DNA from: Calcarisporiella thermophila CBS 279.70
Lineage: Eukaryota > Fungi > Calcarisporiellomycota
Assembly (NCBI RefSeq): GCF_041956535.1
Contig: NW_027192207.1
Span: 400,757-464,756 of the forward strand
DNA length: 64,000 bases
Reading direction: 5' to 3'
The translations under genes and the position numbers were made by a program. This document shows positions 12,803 to 23,713 of the stretch, in pieces. How positions within the stretch are numbered: position 1 is the first letter of the stretch; the number at the start of each line of letters is the position of its first letter. The notes below the pieces were generated by a model. That model was not told where the DNA came from, ran no database searches, and worked only from the letters and a program-made list of their open reading frames with translations.

Positions 12803-15800
12803 CTATACTATTTCAAAATGTGCCTGTCTAGAAGCGAAAAAGTGGAGGCCTTCGATTTCAGGAGGGGGTGGAGGGGGTGGTTGTGTCAGGTTGGTTTGCG
12901 GCGGCGGAGGCAGTAATATTGGGAAGATCCCGTCCTGATTGGAGACCCATTCTCCTGTCATTGTGCCGTAGATGAGGTTCCCTGCGGTGACCGTGATATT
13001 TCCACTCTCCATAATCTTCTTTGGTAAGTTAGGACCATTAAAATCGGTATTCAGCCCATAAAAAGCAAGGTGTTCTCGCCCTATATCAAATATCACTTCT
13101 TTTGTCTCGCCTTTTTTAAACATCAGCTTTTGGAACCCGGCAAGTCGATCCGCCTCGGGGACCACGCTGCGTACATCTTGATGCACAAAGCAAAAGACGG
13201 CATGCTTTCCATCGTAAGGGCCCAGATTTTTGATAGTCACTGTTACTCTTATTTTCTCTTTGTCGCCAATATCTTTGGAGAGACTAGTGTCCGAGAGCTT
13301 GATGTCAGTGTAGTTGAAAATGGAGTAGCTAAGACCCCATCCGAAAGGATAAAGGGGAGCATAGCCCTCGGAAGAGCTACGCCAGTATACGCTCCGACTG
13401 TCGCCAACGAAACGCGGATAAGTGATCGGTAGCCGACCTGAGGGGTTTGTAATGGGGGGAGTGTTTGAGTTATCAATAAAGAGCAAGTCAGCCAGAGCCG
13501 TACCGCCCCAGGGACCAGGTAAATAGGTCCAAATCCAGGCATTCGCCAAGTCGGGAAGATCTATCGAGAAACGATCATGAGTATCAAATGAGGGAGAGAA
13601 AACCTATACTCGCTTGCCAAACATTACCTCCCATAATTCGTGTCCTCGCCGTAACCGAGACAAGCACTACCTTTTTGTCTTTAGGCATACTCGAGATGTA
13701 ACTTTTCGCAAACTCAATTTGCCCACTAGGAAGCGTTAAATCGTGTATGTTCCCCATATATTCCTACATAAAATACACATTATTTCAGCGCTTTCACTAC
13801 CAATAATCTAACTTGGTCATATTACCGAATAAGAATCTTCTGCAACAAAGAGCAAAGTGATATCCGCCTTCCTTCCTTGTTCGATTGCCTTTCTCAAATC
13901 GTTATCTGTATAGTTTCCATAGAAATCGAATCCTTCCATGTGAGATACTTTGCACTTTTTATGTTTTTCACACCGTTTTTGGACGGCTTGGAGATACGTG
14001 ATTCCCCCTCCCGCATATTTGTAATATTCATCGCCAGTAGCCGCGGGAGGACCCTGCCAATCGATACTCCTACAAGTTATACATTCTCACATATGGCATC
14101 AAGTGCATCAGGAGCTGAAAATATACAAACTTACCAACCGCTCGTCTGTAACCGTAAACTGTTAGAGCCGGCTCCAACCAGAAAAATGTTTTTTATTTTG
14201 CTCAAGTTAATGGGGAGCGTGCTATTCGCATTTTTAAGTAGTGTCATAGATTCCTGAGCGGTTGCATGTGCCAAGTCCTTGTCGGCTTGTTGGCCGATCG
14301 TTTTCAACATTGGATTTTTCTCGCTAGGGATAGCGTTTTTGAAAAGGCCAAGATCCTTTTTGAGCTGCAGCATTTTGCCGGCAGAGATATCAATCCTGGA
14401 TTCGGGGATTGCCCCTTCCTGCACAAGCTGATACACGTTCTCTGCGAATTTGATATCAGATGGAACCATACTAAATCAAAATAATTTGTGAGTTAATATA
14501 CGAATCCACTCATGAAGACAGATGATTGAGCCATTTCCCAAATTACCTAACATCCACCGTTCCTTGCATTATAGCCTGCTGTGCTGCATCTTTCTGAGTA
14601 CGAGCCGTCTTGTGAACATCTACGAGCTGATTTATTTCCGCCCAGTCTGACACAAGAAGCCCTTTAAAACCGATCTGATGACGGAGAATATTCTTTAGGT
14701 ATTTGGCCGAGCTAACCACCGGGTCACCATTGATACTGTTCTGGCTTTCCATTGTGGTACTCACACCAGCGTCTGAAGCAGCCTTAAACGGGGGAATAAT
14801 GTTGGTGTAAAGGAAATAATCGGATATAAATGCGGGTTCCGTATCTTGACCTAATATGAACGAGAAAAGAGTAGTAGTATCAAGTTCAATGCGCAAATAA
14901 GCTAGAGCATAGTACCTGAGAAGGGCAAAGAATAACCAAGATAGTGCTTCATAGTCGCTGCTACCGCACCTCGCGGGTCTTTCAGGTTGCCATTTCGCTG
15001 CGATCCAACCACATGTGCCACTCCAAATTTGCTTACCACCAAGGGATCCTCACCAAAAGTCTCATGCACACGGCTCCAATATTTCTCAATAGCTACCTCC
15101 AGCACCTATTGATTAAAATTGTAAGCAGAAGAGACTGTAGATAACACTTTATATGGATGCTCACCGGAACAAAATTCCATCTTATTCCGACAGCTGCCAT
15201 ATCTTTGGCTGTTACTTCTGCGATTTTACGCGTATAGCTTGGTTCAAAAGTTGCTGCTCTCCCAAGCTGATGAGTAAACCTTTTAGAAGCACAACGTGGT
15301 AAATATATGAAATCGGGATGGACCAAAGATGGCTTACATTACTGCCCCCATTATATATCCCGCTCCATGTACAGAATCTAAACCGTAAAGGATCGGAAGA
15401 TGTGGTTCGCGCTCAAGATTTATTTTCTAATTGAATGAAAACGTAAATATTAGCACTACTGATAAACACGCTATTAAGATGTACCTGAATCTCGGCTTGG
15501 AGCTTGATCCAAGTTGAGACATTAAAGCCAGGACGATTGTCATCATCAAAATTGTCTGGGCTGTCAATATAAGTGCCTACAAGCGAAGTATATAGTAGTT
15601 AGAAGCATAAAAAATCCCGTCCCTATTGGACTTACTGCTAGTACTCACCAACATAATACTCCTCCGCAAACTCTTTCACAGCTGTTAAGTTCAATTCTCG
15701 AGTTTCTTTTGTAATGATTTTTCCAAGTTGAATCTGGGTCATTTGCCCAATCTTTTGCTTAAGAGTTAGCTTGGATAGAATGGAACGAACATCGTCGTCC

Positions 15801-15955
15801 AGAATAGCCGGCTCATAGTCATAATCTCCTTTCGCTGAGGGTTTTTTCGCCCCATCCCTCCTTGTAATGGCACTTCGGGAAGGTAGTACTGAAGCACAAA
15901 CAAACGACACTAGTAAACATAGTATGAAGAAGACAGAATGTATGTTGGTAAACAT
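12803..15955 (-). CDS. Secreted glycoside hydrolase family 3 beta-glucosidase, multi-exon
   Basis: Signal peptide; LTLKQKIGQMTQ, YGLDSVHG, ETFGEDP, TMKHYLGY, GFKGLLVSDW (nucleophile Asp), ESMTLLKN, PLYPFGWGLSYS, FnIII-like C-terminal domain. Confidence 0.93.
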
Positions 15956-16492
15956 ATCGTGGACACTTCTTCACCCCTTTTACTTTCTTGGAGTGAGAGC
16001 TTGAGGTTAAAGAGATATGCGCGTAAGGGAACACTGGAATTTATATTTCTCTAATTTGGACAATCCATTTGGAGCCCATTCACGAAATTCATGGAAAGTA
16101 CCCAATCAGCATCAAGCTTTGCCACCAGATATTACATCCGACCGCAAAACATAGTCACAAATTGATATACTTTGCTAGAATCTCAATATTTCTCCAACTC
16201 CTTTCAGCGGAACAGTGAAAATAGGTTGAGATAAAACCACAGCTCCTACACTATTTTCAGATGTATATGCTACCATGGCTTAAAGGAAGAAAAACTGATT
16301 TACAGAGGTACTAAATTTGAAAAATGTAAATTCTTATATATTGCTGTTTTTTTTGGAAAATAAGAATATTTTTGTAAATTGGAGGCTCTTTGTTCATTTA
16401 TTTGATAATTTTATGTCTCTTCTCGTTTATCCAAACAACTTAACCACTATTTGCGTTTTTTAATCAAAAATTAAAGTGAAGATTTTTCAAAC

Positions 16493-16775
16493 ATGATACA
16501 CCCTAGCATTATTCAGCTTGTTAAAGAGGGAAAATCCTCTTACCAAACCGCCGATGTATTGGACATTCATTTCACTAGGGCAGCTGAGATTGTAAGAGAA
16601 GAAGTAAAGCGATACTCCGATCTTAAAAGGCCACCCGCTGGTTGACCTCGTATTTTGAGGAAGAGAGAAGAGAGAAAGATAGCTAACTTGATGACATTGG
16701 GTCAGTGCAAAACTCATCCGATGGAGGAATTATTTAAAAGAGGAATACAATAGAGAATTGTCCACTGATACCGGG
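16493..16775 (+). mobile_element. Decayed Tc1/mariner transposase fragment (paired-like HTH region)
   Basis: Translates as IIQLVKEGKSSYQTADVLDIHFTRAAEIVR...AG*PRILRKREERKIANLMTLGQCKT, then after a frameshift LKEEYNRELSTDT. The GRPR motif is broken by TGA at 16643-16645. Confidence 0.7.
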
Positions 16776-17537
16776 AGAATCGCTTCGTAGAAGACATATT
16801 CAACCCACATTGAAACGAACAGGAAATGCATTATACTACTCGATTTATAATATTACCTAAAACAGGGAAATACGACTTGCTTTCGTGTAGAAATTAGAAT
16901 CTAGGGTTTATACAACTGTGTATTAACTATAGCTTTATACTTATATTACTCTCCAAATAGAAATCCTATCAGTTGCATTGAGAATGCGAGGATTAGGATA
17001 AATATTCGTAAAGTGTAAGGTTATTAGTTCTCAAAGATTTGCTTAAAATACCAGAGATTTATATTTTAATGATTTTACCAATTAATTTTCATATTTCCTT
17101 TAGGATTCGGTTTCTGATATTAGGTGAATTTTCCCAATTAGGTCCCTTAATTCAATTCTAAGATAGGAGAATAAGTTTTCATTAATATCTTGCTATTCGG
17201 TTTTTATTAGCTTATTTAAACTCTCTGCAATGAGTTGTATCCATAATACAAAAAGAATAGAGTGGATGGATATTTTTTTTTGGTACAGTTCACGCCCGGT
17301 TATTGGAGGGCATATGTGTTTTCTAGAAATACACAAGGATAAAACACTGCATTTGAGAAGCGGATCAAACAACCACCAATATGAATAGGATTTGATATTG
17401 AAAATGCGAACACCGTATGTTTTGATAAGATTTAAAAGACTCATAAAATCTCCTTCATTAAAGAGCCACGAATTCAGCAAATCGTTACAATACTGTTAAA
17501 TAAAATGACGTGAAAGTGAAAGCAAATTTGTCATGCC

Positions 17538-18595
17538 CTAATATCCACCACGAGGAGGTTGCTGACCATAAGGTGGATATTGCTGGTATTGCCCTTGTGC
17601 GGGCGGTTGTTGTTGATACTGCTGTTGGTAGCCAGCACCTCCCGATTGCTGGTATTGCGACTGTGGTTGTCCTTGCTGGCGGTTATACCCGCCAAAACCA
17701 TAAGCAGCAGTGGGATCAGTAATGGCACCCGTGGTGGGTGGCTGAGCATAGGAGCCATAGCCTTGCGTGGGAGCACGGAACTCTTCACGTTCAGGCTCCA
17801 GCATGAACAATTGGTTGAGATTATCATATTGCTATTTTAAGTTACAAAATGGTATTAGTTTGTATTGAAAATGGGAGGCAAAATATATGTTACCTTTTTC
17901 TCGTATAAAATAACTACATTGGAACAGAAAAAGAGAAATTAATCAGAGAAAAGAGTGTATATATTGTGCTTCTGACTTACTCTGAGCTCCATCTTTATCT
18001 GCATCACCTCTGATGTCAACAACGAGCGAGGGGGACTCTACTGGGAAAATAAAGCCATCTTGAAAAGCGAATCTCTGGTTCTTGGCATCGTTTGCGTGTT
18101 TTCGAGTATACTGGCACAGGCCAGCGACGGATTTCAAATTGCCTGTTAAAAGATGAGATTATTTCACGAAGCGAAACAGTAGTACACGGAAACTAACCCC
18201 CGGCAACATCTAGGACGAGTCCTGAATGCTTATTAACAAGAAATCCATCTTCGTAAGACCATAGCTGATTGTGTCTGTCATCCCCTAGCTTCTGGGTCCA
18301 TAAAATAACTTTGGCGCCAGGCTACGAAAGAAAAAAAAAAATTAAAGACACTGCATAACTTTATCAACAAATTTTTCTTATAGAGCTCACCTCTTTGGAA
18401 CGATCGAAAACCTAAAGGGAATAATGGAATATAAATAGAAAATTAGAAATTGCATATTACTAAAATATATCGAATGGTATCGAAGCGTATAGCGCCTAGG
18501 AAAAATAAAACAAAGGGACTTACATCAAGTACACGCCCATATTTGCGGCTCTTAATATAAAAATAACCGCTGGGGAAGTTGTTTTGAAAAGACAT
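17538..18595 (-). CDS. Cytosolic ricin-B (CBM13) lectin with Q/G/Y/P-rich C-terminal tail, 6 exons
   Basis: Spliced: MSFQNNFPSGYFYIKSRKYGRVLD|VFDRSKE|PGAKVILWTQKLGDDRHNQLWSYEDGFLVNKHSGLVLDVAG|GNLKS...NQRFAFQDGFI...VVDIRG|...|QYDNLNQLF. Three QxW/F repeats; no signal peptide. Confidence 0.88.
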
Positions 18596-18800
18596 TGCAG
18601 ATTCTCGCTTGAAAAGTAAGAAAAAAGTTATATGGAAAAATAGAACGAACGCCGTCCTCTACTTTTACCTCGAGGCGAATGTTATAATGAAATGATACGC
18701 TGCGCCACTAGTTTGGCTGCCAAATTATGAGAGTATATAGAGAGGTGATATATATTGACTCGCTCTTTCAAGTTGGTGTCTTAACGAAGAAAATCGCACA

Positions 18801-21800
18801 ATGATGTAAGTAAATTAGATAACTCCCTACAATGTGGTCTATTAACAGAAACTGAATTGGAATTCATCCCTTAATTCTTTCTAGTTTCGAGATCGACGGC
18901 CTTCCGGTTCATTTTCCTTATGACAAAATATATCCAGAGCAGTATGCTTATATGTGCGATCTGAAGCGATCACTCGATGCACATGTAAATTCCTACCAGT
19001 AGTATATGTTAATATATATTATCTTTATAATTAACTGTTTATTCTATACCTAGGGGCACTGTCTGCTGGAAATGCCTTCAGGCACTGGCAAAACCGTATC
19101 GCTGCTCTCACTAATTGTCGCGTATCAACAGGTTTAATTCAACTCATTTTGAGAATTTATTTCGATCAGCTTACCACAACCGCATTTGCTTAATCAGTTT
19201 TATCCAGAAAAAAGGAAACTTATCTACTGTTCTCGAACCGTTCCGGAAATTGAAAAAGCTCTTGCCGAGTTGAAAAGACTTATGAAATACCGCAAAGACT
19301 GCGGCATTGAGGAGGATTTTCTCGGCATCGGCCTAACAAGTCGTCGTAATTTGTGTCTTCACCCAGAGGTGAGCCGTGAAAAGAAGGGCAAAGTTGTAGA
19401 TGCGCGGTGTCGGAATATGACTGCATCTTGGGTGCGGCAGAAGGCCCAAGCGGATACAGAACATGTAGAGCTTTGTCAATTTTATGAAGTAAGTCCCATC
19501 AGAGAGATATGCATAATTTAATATTCATTCGAGCTTCGGCTTTAGCAACTTGAAAAATCAGACCTTCCATCTGTGATTCCTAGTGGAGTATATACGTTAG
19601 ATGAATTACGTGGCTTTGGTCAACAACATACTCTGTGTCCATACTACCTATCCAGACGACTGGTAGCAGCCATGCATTAGAATAGATTAGAGTTGGTTGC
19701 TAACAATTACTTTTTATTTATAGTTGACGTTCGCAAATGTAGTTATATATAGTTATCATTATCTTCTAGACCCAAAAGTCGCAGACCTAGTATCAAAAGA
19801 GATGGCAAAAGACTGCATTGTGGTGTTTGACGAAGCACATAATATAGGTATAACGAGCGTTGCTTGAAGTTTCGCGCCTTTTCAACTAAAGAATATTTTT
19901 ATTGTAGATAATGTTTGTATTGAATCGTTAAGTATTGATATCATGCGACCAACTCTGGAAGCTAGCTCACGAAGTGTCCAGCAACTTGCCGAAAGAGTGG
20001 AACAGTAAGAGCCTATATATGCTGATGTGTTTAGATGGTCTTGTAATTTTAATACGGGGTAATACTTTTAGAATTAAACAGCAGGACTCGGAAAAATTGA
20101 AAAATGAGTATACAAAGCTTGTTGAGGGACTTCGCGAAGCTGGTCAAGCAAGAGATGAAGATACTTATATGGCGAATCCAGGTAGAGTTGTGTTGTAACC
20201 GATAGAATTGCGTTCCATTATGGTAGCTTATATTATCTTTTTTATTAGTTTTACCCGACGATATTTTAAAGGAAGCTGTCCCCGGTAATATTCGGCGGGC
20301 AGAGCATTTTGTCGCATTTTTAAGGCGATTTATTGAATACCTTAAAGTAAGAATACTAAATATTTTATTTATATTAAATGCCTGCTGAACTTTCCTCTTG
20401 CCAAACAGACTCGCTTGCGAGTTATGCACGTGGTTGCCGAAACGCCAATCTCATTCCTGCAGCATTTGAAGGATGTCACTTATATCGAGAAAAAACCTTT
20501 AAGGTTGCTCTTTAATGTCTCTTTGGTTTGGTTTGAGAATAGCTTATTGATTTTCGTTTTTGTGGCAGATTTTGTGCAGAAAGACTCAATTCTCTCATCC
20601 GCACATTGGAGCTCACCGATTTGGATGACTACGCCTCCCTAAGCAGAGTGGCTACCTTTGCCACGCTGATTGCGACTTATGAAAAAGGTTTCCTCCTTAT
20701 TCTGGAGCCTTTCGAATCGGATGCCGCAACCGTTCCCAATCCGGTGTTGCATTTTACGTTAGTATGAAAATGACCGATGTTTTGCCCTAGTTTAATTTAG
20801 AGTATACCTTCACAGATGCTTGGATGCCTCCATAGCCATAAAACCGGTATTCGAACGTTTTCGTAACGTGGTCATCACCTCTGGTACGCTTTCTCCGCTC
20901 GACATGTATCCCAAGATGCTCAATTTCCGGGCCGTGGTGCAGCAGAGTTATTCCATGACCCTAACACGCAACTGTTTTCTCCCTCTTATTATTACTCGTG
21001 GCAGTGATCAAGTGGCCGTTAGCTCACGTTTTGAGGTCCGCAACGATCCTGCGGTTGTACGCAATTTTGGACAAATCCTTATTGAGTACGCAAAGATCGT
21101 ACCGGATGGGATTGTGGCATTCTTCCCAAGTTATTTGTATATGGAGCAGATTGTGTCCATGTGGAATGAAATGGTTAGTAAGAACTAATTTTGCATTTTG
21201 CTGACTTTGTTTTGACCTCCACTTGACATCCTTTAGGGTTTACTGAACGAAGCCTGGAAATATAAGCTCATATTTGTTGAGACGCCTGATGCTGCCGAAA
21301 CCAGCATTGCACTTGAGCATTACCGCAAAGCATGTAACAATGGTCGTGGCGCTATCATGCTCTCTGTCGCTCGAGGCAAGGTTTCTGAAGGAATCGATTT
21401 TGATCACAACTACGGACGTGCTGTCATCATGTTTGGGGTCCCTTACCAATACACAGAGAGTAGAATTCTCAAGGCACGCCTCGAGTATCTACGTGATAAC
21501 CATCGTATTCGTGAAAACGATTTTCTCACCTTCGATGCGATGCGGCATGCGGCCCAGTGTGTGGGGCGAGTATTGCGAGGGAAAACGGATTACGGTCTGA
21601 TGATATTCGCCGACAAACGCTTTGCTCGAGCGGATAAGCGACAGAAATTGCCTAAATGGATTCAGCAATACATCACAGACGCAAATACCAACATGTCAAC
21701 CGATACTTCTTTGGTCGTGGCACGTAAATTCTTGCGAGGTATGGCCCAACCTTTCGAGCCGCAGGAGCAGGTGGGAGTCAGCTTGTGGACCCTAGAGAAT

Positions 21801-21929
21801 GTCCTAATGCGACAGAAGAAGGAGCGAGAAGAGAGGGATACACGCATGGCGCAAAAACCAACCACAGAAACGGGCGAAACAGGACTAGCTGCTGCCGAAA
21901 CCGACGTGGAAATGGTGAATGCTTACTAA
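18801..21929 (+). CDS. RAD3: TFIIH 5'-3' Fe-S DNA helicase XPD/Rad3, multi-exon
   Basis: [84 protein letters not shown]. Confidence 0.97.
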
Positions 21930-22165
21930 CTATATCATCCTTCTTTCTCATAATAAACTATTGTACATAACCATTCCTCTCTATCTTTTTTTTTATCACT
22001 ATAAATATTTAATTTGCTCCAGTTACTATTTCTAGTCGCTAAAATATTATCAAAATCATTTTATTTATTATTTATGACTATCCTCCGGAACGGTATACAC
22101 CTTTGGAAAAGAAAGAAAACAGTTAATTTTTCTTCAAGAATCACCATTATATTTAAATGGAATAA

Positions 22166-22268
22166 AATTCTCAGAAAGTAGACATTCAACATTGCGTTAA
22201 CGCCTGTACACAATTTAATAGGCAACTCTGTCCGCCCGTCTACGTTGTCTTCCTCGAAATCACAATTA
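22166..22268 (-). ncRNA. snR70: Box C/D snoRNA snR70/U43 homolog (18S Cm1639-equivalent guide)
   Basis: GACGGGCGGA-CAGA (guide plus variant D') is antisense to SSU ACCGCCCGUC, with D+5 on the decoding-centre Cm. Downstream TGTGTACA can pair with the adjacent rRNA UGUACACA. Degenerate C box GTGATTT 22263-22257, D box CTGA 22174-22171, internal GTAGAC/GTCTAC pairing. Confidence 0.85.
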
Positions 22269-22384
22269 AATGAGAAAATAAACCTACCATAAACAAGGTT
22301 CCGCAAACATAAGCCTAATTAAAACAGCATAACGGTTAGAACTCTGTTTACACTTTGTATAAAAAGAGTAAAATAGAATCGAAA

Positions 22385-22465
22385 ATCTTCAGACAAGGCT
22401 GATTTTTCTGTCGATCATCTTATTCAGAGATCTTGGTGATATGGTCATAATGGTCATCATATAAG
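22385..22465 (-). ncRNA. Box C/D snoRNA with U24-type (25S Cm1437-equivalent) D' guide and snR41-type (18S Gm1126-equivalent) D guide
   Basis: C box ATGATGA 22460-22454; TATCACCAAGATCT-CTGA is antisense to LSU AGAUCUUGGUGG; TCAGCCTTGT-CTGA (D box 22392-22389) is antisense to SSU GCAAGGCUGA. The D+5 rule lands on the conserved Cm and Gm positions (rRNA sequences recalled). Confidence 0.85.
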
Positions 22466-22617
22466 AAAAAGTAGTAAAATAAAGCAGGATAATTACCTTA
22501 AGACATTTTGGAGTATATTTTAACAAAACGCGAAAAGAAATAAAAAAAGTGAAAATAGAGAAAAAGTGAAGAATATGAGAGAATAATAAAAAAGAGAGTT
22601 AAAGAGTTTGTTGCCTT

Positions 22618-22625
22618 CTTATATA
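22618..22625 (-). promoter_or_regulatory. TATA box of the snoRNA host gene
   Basis: TATATAAG about 27 nt upstream of a CTCTCTTTTTTT pyrimidine tract and the first exon. Confidence 0.6.
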
Positions 22626-22800
22626 GGGTAAAATGTAAACAAATCTTTGCGGAGATTGATTTGCTGCGCGATTTTTTAGATATCCCAGAGATATTTACTT
22701 TGAAGTGAACTGGATACTCAATTATAACTCCAACTAGTATACCATGGAATTTATTTCAGCAAATTCGATGTGCTATTTATATTGTATTATATTGTGACAA

Positions 22801-23110
22801 CTATAAAATAAGGCAATCCAGGCCACGCCAGTGCGTTCGTTTTGCTGAGCCAAAAGGATCATCACTACCCGCGCCGCCCCATACAGAGGGTACAAGATAG
22901 TCTCTAGTATTATTGATGTAGTTCATGATACTAACAATAGTGTATGCATAGTATAAGATATCTATCTGAGCCACTTGGGATACGGTAGAATACTTACGAT
23001 GTACATGCCTCGGACATTGGAATGTACTCCTTGTTCAGTTCTTCCTCCAATTTTTTATTATCCTCGAGAAGCTTCTGGAGCTTCGGGTCAAGTGTGCCAT
23101 TTTGCGTCAT
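22801..23110 (-). CDS. Heterotrimeric G-protein gamma subunit (2 coding exons; not in ORF track)
   Basis: MTQNGTLDPKLQKLLEDNKKLEEELNKEYIPMSEACTS|IMNYINNTRDYLVPSVWG...DPF...DCLIL*; intron 22997-22931; CAAX box. Confidence 0.92.
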
Positions 23111-23713
23111 GATAAAATCAGGAATACCGAACCAAGCTATAATACGCCGCTTGCGGGTCTAGATAGGCAGTTATCACGCGAGGGGATATGGAACTAACAA
23201 GTGAAGGAATGAGATAATGAGGAGATGGAGCTAAAAAAAAGTAAAAGAAAGTTGAGAGAAAAGAGTGCAACGCTCTAAGAGTTGTGTTTTCATTGCATAT
23301 TGTGCTGTCCGAACCCGTTAATCAATATAACTAACCAGAAAACAAGTCTTTTCTCGAGCATTCTCCTCCGCGCAATTTTTTTCCATCAAATATGACCATT
23401 TTCGACTCCGCAAGAAAAAGTGCGACCGAATTAGGAACCGCTTCTATAAATCGAAGGCGTGGTAAACCAAAAAAATTAAGAATAGCGTATATGGTTCTTG
23501 TAAAACGAAATGACTTTCTATCTTCCTGATATGTTTTGATATGAGACAATAACAGCGCCCTATCGCCCGGCTGCCTTCCTTGATATCGCCAAGTGAAGTT
23601 CCTAGGAAAAATTGATATGCCACAATTTTAATGTGACGCAGCCCTGCATTCCACTATAATTCGGCGTTTTTTCGCGTTTTCTGTTCAGATAGCTCTCTAA
23701 CTACTTCGATAAC

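Larger units (their letters stand above)
22060..22598 (-). ncRNA. Non-coding snoRNA host transcript (3 exons, 2 snoRNA-bearing introns); ends approximate
   Basis: TATATAAG at 22625-22618; intron 1 22496-22315 (GTAATT..TTCTAAC..TAG); 27-nt exon 22314-22288; intron 2 22287-22101 (GTAGGT..ATTAAC..AAG). First ATG is ATG-TCT-TAA at 22506-22498. Each intron contains a C/D snoRNA. Confidence 0.75.

Noticed and set aside
16301-16340. TA-CAG possible left TIR of the Tc1 relic
   Set aside because: No matching inverted copy found downstream, so element ends are not called.
21960-22100. Expected third cluster member snR51
   Set aside because: No C/D box pair and no Am100 or Um2729-type guide found downstream of snR70.
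22061-22306. 81-aa ORF in the track
   Set aside because: Runs through the snR70-bearing intron; better explained by the non-coding host gene.
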